Source: Adineta vaga
Taxonomy: Eukaryota > Animalia > Rotifera
Assembly: GCA_021613535.1 (NCBI GenBank)
Contig: CP075497.1
Span: 4,898,001 to 4,962,000, forward strand
Direction: 5' to 3'
Length of the DNA: 64,000 bases
In this document: positions 1-12,594 of the stretch, in pieces
Layout: every line of letters begins with the position of its first letter
Numbering within the stretch: position 1 is the stretch's first letter
Made by a program: the position numbers and the translations under genes
The notes under the pieces: generated by a model
What the model saw: the letters and a program-made list of their open reading frames with translations, nothing else
Databases searched by the model: none
Told to the model about the DNA's origin: nothing

Positions 1-2673
1 TAATTACTCGACAAGTCATTCGCGCGAAATCATTAAAATTTTCATCACTTAATTCTGATAGTAAATATTTTGCTTTTGGTCCAATAACATTTAATGCTGT
101 GTAAAGTGATGTGACATCCGAAAGAAACACAGATCCATCTTCTGGAACATGAGATTTTAACCATTTCATACTTCGAGTTGATTGAGATGTTGGACTGATT
201 ATAAGAAAGCTGAAAAACGAATGACGACAATGATAGAATTTATATTTCAATGTCATAATCTTACTGATAATCATCAAGACGTATAACAGAACAATCATTT
301 TCATATCCACCTTGTTCATTTAACATCCCTGTATGAATAACAGTGCCAATTGGTTTATCAATATTATTTGCACATAGCATTTGTAAGAAATCCACAACAC
401 TTCGATTAGCTGATTTAAGTTCATATTTGGTGAATGATGTCATATCAATAATAGCTACACCTTTTCGACATACATTATATTCTCGTTTAACAATATTAAA
501 CCAACGTGCTTTACCAAATGTACCTTGTTTACTGAGATCATCAACATTTTCTCCTAAGAAAAAGAAAATAAGAAATGTGAAGGTAAAATGTATGCGATCG
601 ATTGAAATACTTTTTTCAAATTCATCTAAATTAAAGAACAAAGGACGTTCATATCCAAGTACTTCACCAAAGACAGCACCAGCTGCTTGTAATTTTGGAT
701 GTAGAGGTGAAACACGTAATTTTCGTCCCGTTCGATATAATGACATGCCATAAGTTGGATATTTCAATGAATATTGTTTTCCTAAAAAAAAGTAATATTC
801 CAATGAATATCAACAAAGAAGAACAAACTTACCAGGAATTTCACGAAGACGATCTTTTAAAAATCGTTTATTGGTATGTAAACGCATAAAACGACGAATA
901 TCTATTGGCCACGTACTCAAGTCAGTATTTCCTGTATGTATTAATTCAGCAATAAATTTTCCCACACCACCAGCAACAGCTATTCCATGTCCATTAGTAC
1001 CTGATGCAACAAAATAATTGTCAATCTAGATATAAATATGTTTAGTTTTGTATCATTAACAAATGAATCGATTACAAACTTCAGCAGATTCATTCATAAT
1101 CAATAGACCATCAGGTGTAAAACTATCAGCTCCTGTAATCAATGTCTCATATTCACTAGTGCCTAATATTGGAAGTCGTTTGATAGCATTATTCAATATC
1201 CAATCTATGAAGAAACAAATCGTTTATTAGAGAAATAAAATGAAAGTACGTACGAAAATCATCCCAATTATCAGGTAAAAGTGAATAATTAAAATTTTCT
1301 GGTACACCATTTGAAAAAATAGGTTTTGATTCTCGAAGAAAGCCACCAATTAACACACTTTGATCGACTAATGGTTGAATATAAAAACGTTCATCTGGAT
1401 TGTGAACAATCGGGCAATCTTTTGGGAAATTAGCTATCGGTTTCGTCTTTAAACACATATATTCTAAATAGTATCAATTGAATATCGAATTATTGACTAA
1501 TGAAACTTACCACAAGCTTGTGTAGGAATACGTACACCTGGTGAAGATCGATATCCGAGTTCTCGAGCCCACTGAAAAAAAATAGATCATTGTTGATGAT
1601 AGTTAAGTTTTCGATAAGAAAATTTCTTACCAATCCTGTACAATTGATAAATACATCACATTTGACATCACCCTGCGATGTAACAACACTCGTCACACGA
1701 TCATATTGACCAGCACGTTGTTTTTCAGTGAGAATTTCTTTAACATAACAATCTTCAATTATTTTCACACCTAAATGAAAATTTTACTGTATTCGTTACC
1801 GGATATCGATAGAAAATTCAATTTTCTTATACCTTTATCTATCGCTAATTTAGCAAATGTTAAAGCAAGTGGTATAGGATCAACCATAAAATCATCTTTT
1901 ACCCATAAACCACCCTATACATAAAATTTATTTGAATATTTAATTTAAATCGACGTTTTATTCCTTTACCCAAATTTCATGTGGATCAAGAATCGGTAGT
2001 TTTTCTTTGATTTTTTCTAAATTTAATATATCACAATTGATTCCTAATGATTTTATAATTGCATATTGTCTTTTTAATGTATGTAAACGATCCGATGTTT
2101 GTGCAACCCATATGCTAGATTTCTGAACAAAACCTGCGCAACAAATGAATGTTTATTATTATTAAAATTAAGATTTATCGTCGAAAGATCATACCAATAT
2201 CATGTCCTTCTTTTTCTAATTTTTCATACAATTGTCTTGAATATTTTGTCAGATGTGTTTGAATTAATGTATTTTGAATATGCATACCTTGTCCTGAACT
2301 TTGCCATGTTGCACCGGAAGCTAATCTATTTGAATAGGAAAGAATTTAAAAACTCTTCGTAATTCAATGTATCTTCTTTTGTTGAAAATACATACTTTGA
2401 TTTTTCGATCAATACAATATCTTTAATACCAATTTCACTCAAATGATAAGCAACTGATTGTCCAATAATCCCACCGCCAGCAATGAGAATATGACATGAT
2501 GATGGAATCTTTTCTGTCAATGGTAATACAGGTGTTGTATGAATATGATGAGGAACAGCAGGTGATTCATGTTGTTCATATGAAACTAAACGACGAAGAA
2601 CGAATAATACTTGATCGTATGATTTTCTCTTCAATAGATGATGCCCATTTAAAAATACTTTACGCTGTAGCAT
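1..2673 (-). CDS. PDPR: Pyruvate dehydrogenase phosphatase regulatory subunit / sarcosine-dimethylglycine dehydrogenase-family flavoprotein, multi-exon, 3' end runs off the window
   Basis: FAD-binding motif ILIAGGGIIGQSVAYHL near the N-terminus. Later exons give DSFTPDG, GAVFGEVLGYERP, IIDMTSFTK and GcvT-like HTGMLNEQGGYENDCSV. GT-AG introns join the ORF fragments. The N-terminus resembles a mitochondrial presequence. Confidence 0.8.
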
Positions 2674-2853
2674 GTAAGCATCTACAGAACAAATCTAAAT
2701 TATCCGATCAAAAAGAGAAAGAAAAACCTTAGCTGAATTAAAGAGGAAACGATGTTTTTTCTTTATTGATATTGACAAAAGAAAAACAGTAATAAGGAAG
2801 GAATAATCTATCATAATCAAATGGTGGAAAGTCCTTTTAGATTGGAACAATGA

Positions 2854-3180
2854 TTACTGTCCAGCTTTTTTGCCCGATTGCTTCTTGTCCGATTGTGCTT
2901 TCTTCTTTTTTGAAAATGTACGGTTTGAACCATTGTATTTTTGTAAATTAGACATAATATAAATCGGATAAAGCATTGGAACGCCAAGAAACAAGGTTAA
3001 CGCAATAAATTTTTCCTATGAATCATTGAAATAACTTACGAATAATGCAAATTTTCTATTTCATACTTTATTTGTCACTTTATTCACTGGTGGACCAGCC
3101 ATTAAAAAAGCACTTTCATTTCGACGAGGCATCATCATCAATGCTTGTCGACGAATAACTTGGGTCAAAAGACCTGACAT
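2854..3180 (-). CDS. COX8: Cytochrome c oxidase subunit 8-like small protein, 2 exons (3067-3180, 2854-3015), 91 aa
   Basis: Spliced product MSGLLTQVIRRQALMMMPRRNESAFLMAGPPVNKVTNK|EKFIALTLFLGVPMLYPIYIMSNLQKYNGSNRTFSKKKKAQSDKKQSGKKAGQ. It has an Arg-rich presequence, then GPP..K...EK, one TM helix and P.YI..NL..Y, as in invertebrate COX8. The 51-nt GT-AG intron is phase 0. Confidence 0.7.
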
Positions 3181-3400
3181 TTTTTAAATGTTCTGAATGT
3201 AATAAAATCTAAAAATGAGAGTATAAAAAAATCAATTTACGATATTCGTGTGTTTCTTTAGAAAAAAAGAATTCCATATTTCTAATGAATGTTTGTTGTC
3301 AAAGACAGAAGCTTTTACATTATAAATTATCCTCTTTCTATATAATGTCAAATTCTTCTTGCAGTGAAACATATTACAATCATATTTTCTCTATAGCAGC

Positions 3401-5150
3401 AATGAGACATGTAAGTAAACAAATATCCAGAAGGTAATCTATGGATTCTAAATATATTCAATTGATTTCAGGAAACATTTTTCATAATGATGCTAATATA
3501 GAATGAGAATACTATTGATATTTAATAATACAGAGAAAGAGTTTATGAAACGACATCCAGATTTATATAATCAATTGTCGCTAGGAGTCGGAAGAGTTTG
3601 GGTTGATCATATAGACAAGGAACAAAGAGAGATCTAGATTTACAATTACAAGCATCATTATAATGTCTTGGATCTATCTATGAACGTCAGTTCAATGATT
3701 ATCTACAAATATAAATTTCGTCTATGAATGAACTGGGAACCTCCTTGATCTTGAGTTCAGAAAGGGCGAGCTTGAGTGCATTCACCTATTTGTCTCGAGC
3801 AATTAACAAAACATTGTATACAATATCTGTCTTTCAGACAATTGAGAGCACAAGGATTACTGTCATATTCGCCTATGGTCCGTTTTCTGACTTGTGGTCT
3901 AAAATGAAACGATTTCTATCAAATCTGAGATATTTATTGAGAAATAACATTCTTTTCATTAATTATTTTATTCTACTTACATTGTTTTTTAAGTAAAAGA
4001 TTGTATGAGTCAAAATTGCAACGAAGTTCTACCTTGTTTAAAAACAATTCATCGCACTATCTCTATTAGAAATCTCATAAAATTGGGTAAATGTTATGAA
4101 ACCAAATCAGCTTCAATTCTGTCTCCACATCTGTTCGGATCTAAATAGCCTTAGACTTCGGGTTAAAGCTTCATCTATGTGAATATACACCGGTGCTTTT
4201 CTTTTTTCTTTGATTTAGAAAGGATTCAAATAGATCATTGTATGATCATTGGTGAGACGGTGCTATTTGTTGATACGGTTATTTGAAATATACCATGACA
4301 GATGATCCTAGTGTAGATGAGAAAAGATGAATGATTGAATATAATGACCATTAAATTAATTTTAATCGGACTGAAATTGTGATGTAAGAATCTACAAGCA
4401 TTCTTAATCTCAATTTACCTATAAAAGAGGATGATGAATATCGACAAGAAAATTTGAATAAAAAAATTGATTTTAAAAAAGTTCAACGTATTCAAATCTT
4501 TAAATCAAAATTCATTCAATATATTTAAATTAAAAGTTAATGAAATGAGTGGTTGAACTGATCATGAACGTGATCGATTGCGTACCAAGATTAATAATGA
4601 ACCAATGCAATCACGTCAACATGTTCAATTATCTGAGCTATATGATTGAACTGAGCACATTATGCTTTTGCTATGTTTGATGCTTTTGAAAAACATATAC
4701 ACAAATTTATAATCAATCAGCTTCATTAAGTTTTATCGATACATTCAATTATATTGGTGATAATGGTTTTCGACCTCATTTAGAAAAAGATTAGCCATTA
4801 ACTAGTGATGGAGAACAACAAGATAAATATTGAAAATATCCACTTCAATATGAACTATTACTAACTTAAGATGAAATATTTTCGAAACAAGTTCTTTTTC
4901 CATGTAATCCAATTTATTTTTCTGTTAATTGTGGTCAACGCGAAGACAACATTACTATTTTAAGAGGAGTTTCAAGTATATTTGATGTACCTGATTTTCT
5001 AACTGATTGAAATGATAATAATTATATTAAAATTAGAAGCAATAAGAATATGTATGGAATTGCTACATGATCTTATTACCTTGGATTATTTTCAACTTCC
5101 TCTTTTTATCAAACATCAATAATAAATTATATTTCATTCTATTATTAGGA
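3401..5150 (+). pseudogene. Decayed protein-coding gene of unknown family
   Basis: ATG AGA CAT|gtaagt intron start near 3401. The frame at 4681-5100 reads like protein (TYTQIYNQSASLSFIDTFNYIGDNGFRPHLEKD*PLTSDGEQQDKY*KYPLQYELLLT*DEIFSKQVLFPCNP...) with scattered in-frame stops. Frameshifts occur upstream. Confidence 0.55.
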
Positions 5151-5846
5151 AGGATCTTTTTTCTTCATACATCGATCAAATATAATAATGAGACTCAATT
5201 GAAGAACAATATTTTCATCTTTCACTCAGTTTTAGATATTTTGATTTTTACATAGATTATTATTGACAACATCAGATCTCTTATTATTCTTTATTCAATT
5301 CCAGTCTTTATCTCATTCATTTCTTTCGATAACTCTTATGTTATGTAGACATAATTACAAGTATAAAATACGATACGAGCGAAATAAAATTCATTCTTAC
5401 TTTACAGATCGAACTAGAAAAAGAATCGAAAAGTAGCTACCAGTCAAAGAATGAAAGAAGACGTACACTTTGATCATCAGATTATAGTAACGTTTAAATC
5501 AACAGCAGTACAGAGATTATTCGTCAATATATTCTGGGGTGTTTTGTTTGAAAATGGATATCACTAACACTAAATCACATATGATGTTTAATTCAATACT
5601 CTTTATATAAAATTTCGTATAGTGTTTCTAAAAGAATAATGATTTGTTTTGTTTTTATAAATGTTTGAACTACAGACAACTAGCGCCATAATCCCATTGG
5701 TTAAGAATGAAGAAAAACTAACAATAAAAAGAAATAGAAGCTTGTTTCGAAACAATCCTTTACATTGCATTACATTTACTATCTTTGTCATTATTTTATT
5801 AATATTGAAATTTCTAGATTTCAAAGGATATTTTTTCGGGAAAATC

Positions 5847-7349
5847 ATGTCCAGAGATTCAAATTTTCTTGGAGTATGGGGAAATAAAGATTCAATGAAT
5901 TTAAATTCACTTCTGCTCAGCAATATAATGTCATCACAATATTTCAAAAATTCTTTATATGAAAAAAAAACATATCATGAAGTTGTGGATGAAATTTATT
6001 ATCAAGTAAGAAATTGACTTCCGTTTTTTTACATTATGAAATAATCTAAACCATATATTTTCTTTTCTTTAGGTCAAACATTTAGAACCATGGGAAAGAG
6101 GTAGCCGAAAAACATCAGGGTTGACAGGCATGTGTGGTGGGGTAAGTACGAATATTTGATTAACATTTGGAACTTAGAAGCTGAGACGTCTTTTTGTAGA
6201 ATGCGAAGATTGTATTTGAAAAAATCAATTGAAATTTTCTTTCGTATATTTAGGTTCGTGGCGTTGGTGGTGGTGGAATTGTGTCAACAGCATTTTGTTT
6301 ATTATACAAATTGTATACTTTGAAATTGACACGAAAACAAGTTATTAGTTTAACAATTCATACTGATTCGCCATATATACGTGCACTTGGTTTTATGTAT
6401 ATTCGGTAGGTATAAGTAAATGAAAGAAATTGTTAACCTATTTAATTATTTTGATAATTATTAGATATACTCAACCACCCAATGAATTATTCGAATGGTT
6501 CGAAGAATATCTTGATGATACAGAAGTATGTTAAAATAGTTCAATTACTCTAGTTGTGTTTGTTTTCTTTCTTTAGACTTTAGATGTTAAAGCTGGTGGT
6601 GGTGGGATAATGTCAATTGGTCAAATGCTTCGTCAATGGTTAACACATATCGAGTATGTAAATTATTCAAATTCTTTCAATTCTAACTTTTCTCTATTTG
6701 AAGATGGTATGATACATTATTTCCTCGAATACCAGTTCCAGCACAAAAAGATATTATGGAAAAATTACATGCTCATGGACCATATAAAGGCGATAAGTAC
6801 AATGCACATTCAAGGTATGTGGGGTGAAAGTAAGCAAGAATGATAAACTAGCATGATATTTATCTATCATTTATAATTTGTTTTCTGTTCAATTCATTGT
6901 AGATATGGATATGATGAATATGAAGAAGAAGATCAATATCGAGGCAAATCATCAAATGCTATCGATATGCCTGAAACATTTGGTAATGTTGCTTCATCTT
7001 CATCAAATGATCGTGATGGTAAAAATTATGCATCAGCATCGGATGCATATCGTGATAAAAAACACAGGTAAATATTTGAAAGAAAATGTCTTTTTTAATC
7101 GTATAAATTCTTTGATTTTCTTTCTTTTATTCAAGTAGATCATCTCGTGATGATCGTTCACGTTCACGTTCACGTTCAACTGATCGTCGACGACATCATC
7201 ATCATCATCATCATCATCGTGATAATAGTTCTGAGCGTTATAAATCAAACAAAAATCATCATCGACGTAGTTCATCACGTGAAGATCGACGACGTCACCA
7301 TAATCGCTCACGATCTCGCTCACCTGATTATCGTCGTCGTCATGATTAA
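5847..7349 (+). CDS. PRPF38B: Pre-mRNA splicing factor 38B, multi-exon, with C-terminal RS/His-rich region
   Basis: WGNKDSMNLN...YHEVVDEIYYQVKHLEPWERGSRKTSGLTGMCGGVRGVGGGGIVSTAFCLLYKL...DSPYIRALGFMYIRY...WYDTLFPRIPVP. The last exon has SRSRSR repeats and ends at TAA 7347-7349. Confidence 0.93.
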
Positions 7350-7528
7350 CGTGATTATTCATGAACAACTATCATTTCCTACATATACACATTCATATAT
7401 AAACATTGAATTTATTCAAGAAAGAAAAAAAAACGAGTAGCTCTATTATTGTTGTTTTTCTTTGTATGTAAATACAAAAACATTCTTCTCTTCAAAAAAG
7501 AAATCATCAATTCATTTTCTTTCTTCAG

Positions 7529-9699
7529 ATGTCTGTACTTAATTTTAATGTTGGTATACTTGGACATGTCGATTCGGGAAAGACAAGTCTTGCTAAAGCT
7601 TTGAGTACTATTGCTAGGTAGAAGATTAGATAAAAGCTTCGTTGTTTTCAATGAATTCATCTTTTTAGTACAAATGCTTTTGATAAAAATCCACAAAGTC
7701 AAGAACGTGGAATTACACTTGATCTTGGATTTTCATCATTTACAATGGATATACCAGAACATTTGAGTAATAGTAATTATAAACAATTACAAATTACTCT
7801 AGTCGATTGTCCAGGACATGCATCATTGATACGAACTATTATTGGAGGTATACATCTTAGATAGTTTGAAATACTTTTAAAATCTATTCAATTACTTTCT
7901 ATAACAAATAATACATTTGTTTAATACTATATGTATACACTAAATCATGAGTCAAGGTTTCGTTTTTTATCTTATGCAGTAGAATATCCTAGAGAAAAAT
8001 CGATGGCACGTATATTTTTAGGTGCTCAAATTATCGATTTAATGTTTCTTGTAATTGACGTAACTAAAGGCATTCAAACACAAACAGCAGAATGTTTAAT
8101 AATTGGTGAAATCACTTGTGACAAAATGTTAGTTATATTGAATAAAATCGATCTTATTGAAGAATCTCAACGACAAGCGACTATAGACAAGGTAGATGAT
8201 AACAACAATATATCTATAGATTCATTCGATTAGTTACAACTGATTCGACATAGCTATTTAGATGACAAAACGATTACGTAAAACATTTGAATCAACAAAA
8301 TTTCCACAAACGCCAATTATTCCGTGTTCAGCATCATCATCATTGAATTTAAATGATGTTATATCTACACTTCAATCACATATTTATATACCTCGACGAT
8401 CACCCGATGGACCATTTATCTTTTCTGTTGATCATTGTTTTTCTATTCGTGGTCAAGGAACTATCATGACGGGAACAGTTCTTTCTGGTTCCATACGAAT
8501 TAATGATGTATGTTTCATTTTTTATTCTTTACAAAGTAACAAAGAGAATGTTTTTCTTAAAAATTTATTTATAGTCCATTGAAATTTCATCTCTAAAAGA
8601 AGTTCGAAAAGTGAAGTCAATGCAAATGTTTCGTAAACCTATTGATAGAGCAATGCAAGGTGATCGTATTGGTTTATGTGTTACGCAATTTGATCCTGAT
8701 CAACTCGAACGCGGATTAATCTGTAAGAAATCATTCTTTCATGATTTTTCTTTTCTAAAACGAAGACCATTTGTTTTAGCTACACCGGGTATAATTAAAA
8801 CATTTCATGGTTTCATTATTCGAATTCATAAAGTCAAACATTTTAAACATGAAATTGAAAGTCGTACTAAATTTCATATTACCTGTGGACATTCAACTGT
8901 GATGGGGAAAATTATTTTATTCGCAGATCATTCAGATGATAAAGATGAGAAATTCAATTTTGGAAAAGAATATGAAGCTATTGAACAATATCCAACTGAT
9001 GATTCCATTGGCAATACTCAAATATTTGTATAGAATTCAATCTTCTTTCTTTTGTGTCAGTTGTTTGTTTTTTCTTCGTTTAATTTAGGCATTAGTAGAA
9101 CTTGAATCTACGATCGTTTGTCAATTGGAATCTATTTTGATTGGCTCTCGTTTAGATACAGATATTCATGCAAATACCTGTCGATTAGCATTTTATAGTC
9201 ATGTTCTTGATGGTTTCACTGATAGTGAATATTTAAATAAAGATATACCGAATAAACTTCGTATTTATAAACGAAAAGAAAAGATTGGTTATATTGATCG
9301 ATTAGTTGATGATCAAACAATCATTGGAAAAGATTTATTTCAAAAAGAAACAAATATAAATTCCTTTGTTAATTTTAAAGTTGAACTTAATCCAACAGGT
9401 GAACAAGGTTTCATTGAATCACCATTTGGACAAAGTGGAAAGTTTAAAGTGCGATTTATGAGTAAGATATTCTTCTTATTTCAATGAATTTATCCAAAGA
9501 TTGTAAATATTTAGATGGTCTGTTAGATGAAACAAAACAATCATTAAGTAGTAGTACCAGCAAAGGTCGAAAACAACAAGCAAAAACAACAACAAATGAT
9601 GAAGGAGAAAAGGATTCAAGTGACACACATCAACGAATTCGAATTGTATTAAAATTTAAAAAATATCTCTTTCAAGAGAAGACTGTTATTACACAATAG
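7529..9699 (+). CDS. EEFSEC: Selenocysteine-specific translation elongation factor, multi-exon
   Basis: MSVLNFNVGILGHVDSGKTSLAKALST, DKNPQSQERGITLDLGFS, LVDCPGHASLIRTIIGGAQIID, DHCFSIRGQGTIMTGT, GSRLDTDIHANTCRLAF, FGQSGKFKV. Confidence 0.95.
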
Positions 9700-10599
9700 A
9701 TGCATTTGCCTTTTTTTTTATATATTTATGATTCCGATGTGATATTTTTGTTTTGAAGACAAATAAACCAGCATGCAAATGTTCAGCAATAATATGTTAA
9801 CAATGAATATGATAAAATTAGTCGTCTGACTATCATCAAAAGATATGTATCGACAATTCACCCGAGCAATAAGTTTCTTCTTACGATTTGAACTAAAATG
9901 ATTCAACATTGAGAAATTCTCTACATTTAGTAAAACATTCAAGGTGATTAAATAACAAGATAGTATCATTAATTCTACAATCTTATTAGTAAAATAATTT
10001 ATCTTGATCGATTATCTAAGAGTATACAAGTAGACACCTTTCAATCCAATACGTTTTATTATCGATAGTATAAGAAGAAAATACAAACATAAGGTGTTAC
10101 AAAGTCAAGCCGCGACGAACTCTTCTAAATTAATAGAAAGAAAATGTCGATAGAAACGATTCATAATGGTTACCGTCTGTTTGTCAACAAGTATACCGAT
10201 GACAATTGTCTAAGAGTAACAGCTTGTTTAAAGAAAAAAGAAGATGACTAGTTCGTTCGTTGTCACTGTTCAGATACATCGATGATGCTTCTAATTGATC
10301 ACACATGTTTTCTAAATTGAACAACAGCTTGTAAAGAAACATCTTGAAAAATATTTTGTCTTCGAGAAGAAAAAAAGGTTGTTGTCCTTCTTAGAAGTTC
10401 AATCAATGATCAATATCTCAATTTCGTTTGTTTTTTGATCTGTTGACTCTTCATACATTTATTCTATAGACGATAGATAACGTTTTATATTCTTTTGTTA
10501 TAAATTAGATAAATAAGAAAAACAATTTATTTATATGTAACTATCAAGTGCATGCGAATAGGTGATGATATGTTAGACATTCTATCTTTTTCGGTTCCC

Positions 10600-11270
10600 A
10601 GCGCATCGTTTCATTTTTATCCAGAGAATATTATCATTCGACTGTGAAGTGTGATCGTATATGTGTATCTATTGTGTGTTCAATGGGTTTGAAATAATTG
10701 AATTAAGGAAAAGCAGCAGGTTGAATTGAATTGCTTATCTAAATAACAATTGGTTTATATCATTGAAGACGAGCTTCAACACCGCTGGTGTATGATGTAA
10801 GAGTTTGACAATTCCGAAAGATTTTGGTTCATTGAAATTGATGTGAGAAAAGTAAAATTGTAGAATGATTAAAATTATTTTTGTAAAACTTCTGGTGTCA
10901 TTGAAACGAGAATATCTCCAGAGATCAATCGATCTTTATAGTCATGTTACAAAAGTGAACAGAATTTAATTAAACAATCACAAGATTAATTTTTATATTT
11001 TTAACTACATTGAAAAAAATGTATAACCATTGGCTTTACTTTTCTTTCTAAGATCTACATACAGATGGTTAGTTTTTCTTGTATCATGCACTGAAATCGT
11101 TCAACACTTGGGTGTTGTTGTGTGAAACGGTCTTCAAGAATCAAACAATTTTCAAAGATGTGACAAATGTATTTGTTTCGATTGCCAATTTGTTTCAATA
11201 AAATTATTACAAGCTGCTTATTGCGTCATGCGGCCCTGTCTATGGTGATACCAATTAGTTCATTCGTCAT
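10600..11270 (-). pseudogene. Possible decayed gene remnant, family unresolved
   Basis: ATG at 11270 opens about 88 codons with one internal TGA (MTNELIGITIDRAA*RNKQLVIILLKQ...). Further protein-like fragments (HDYKDRLISGDILVSMTPEVLQK*) lie downstream. Confidence 0.3.
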
Positions 11271-12594
11271 CCTTGATCAATTGGATATTCTTTTTCTAAG
11301 TTGAACCAATTGGAAAAGTGTGAAATGATTATTCTTCTTTAAAGGAAAATATACAATAGAGATAGAGAGAAGAAGACAGAGAGAGAGAGAGAGTGATGAC
11401 GATGTTTCCATTTTCTCTCTCGCTCTCTCTTTTCCTATTTTTAGATTGGTTATTATAATGCAGCTTTGTAATAAATTTCGAGTATAAATAGAGATCATTT
11501 TCCGCAATAGATCAGTATTCAGATTATACAATCTGAGCGTACTCTACAGTACACGAAGACAGTAAGTTTCATTTACAGATATTTGACTCGTTTCTTTGAT
11601 TTATGGCACTTTAATTCACGGCTACTAATATTTGTTTGCCGTGCGTTCCCGTGTCATGCATCGAGAGATGACTTAACAACGATATCTTTTTTTTTTGAGA
11701 ACTTAATTTTAAATATAGCTTTATATCATAATGAGAAATGCTCAGGTACGGTCAATGGCACACAATTTGAAGACGGTTGATAACTACAGACTCCGTATTT
11801 ATATGTGTGCCACCAATCGATCTGAAGTCAATCTACAACGAAGAGCTGGTGCTCAATTTAGTTCTCAATGTCTGGTTGTATCATTTGTTCATCATTCAAA
11901 TGTGATCTTTTTTGTAACAGGATCAAGAAAACATTTACATCTCACTCGTATGTATCGGTGGTATTAGTTTTCACAAGTCATAATTATGAGACTGAGACAG
12001 ATCTATTTCTAGCTAAGATTGTTTAACATGTGTCTCTTAGACAAATTAATATGTAGGTGCATTTTGAAGTATCTCTTAGGTTTCTTTCTTTAGAATAATA
12101 ATGATGAAATATAACATGTGATAATAAAGTAAAACGATGAGCTCTTACTATATGATTTGTTTAGTCAGATGTAGTAGGAAGTATATTTAATATGAATAGG
12201 TTTAAGAGCACGATTCTCTAATTATAAATAGTGATAATAATAGATTCGCGACACTGAGGTAAACAATGAGCGCATGACAAAAGTGGATCTGTTTTTTTGT
12301 TGAAACAGTAATTATCAAAGACTAAATATGCTGACAAGCCTATTTATTCAACAAAAAATTAAAAGATATATTCTTTGTTTGATATAATGGAAAACAATTT
12401 CTAATAGAAAATGAATCGAAATAATAATACAAATGTGTTTTGAGTATCACCGACATCTAACGGTAATATAATCAACCAATAAATGGAATAGAAATGAATC
12501 ATTTACTTGCTATACTTTATTGAGTTGAGGTTTGTTGAGGGAACGATACGTTTTCCAGTAAAAAAGCGTTCACTTAAGCTCGAAGATTAAATCA

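Noticed and set aside
343-753. 136-aa plus-strand ORF and similar antisense ORFs over the dynein, MTO1 and MED28 exons
   Set aside because: They are shadows of real coding exons on the other strand or frame, with no motifs or splice support.
4681-5100. In-frame TGA codons near EEFSEC as a possible selenoprotein or alternative genetic code
   Set aside because: The same frame has TAG and TAA stops and upstream frameshifts, and I see no SECIS-like hairpin. Neighbouring genes use TGG for Trp and TGA as stop.
7033-7440. ORFs with poly-Asp, poly-Ile and VHVHV repeats
   Set aside because: These are alternative-frame and antisense readings of the PRPF38B RS/poly-His exon.
10870-10950. GDILVSMTPEVL as a DExD/H helicase motif Ib remnant
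   Set aside because: No Walker A or DExD motif nearby, and the match is too short to assign a family.
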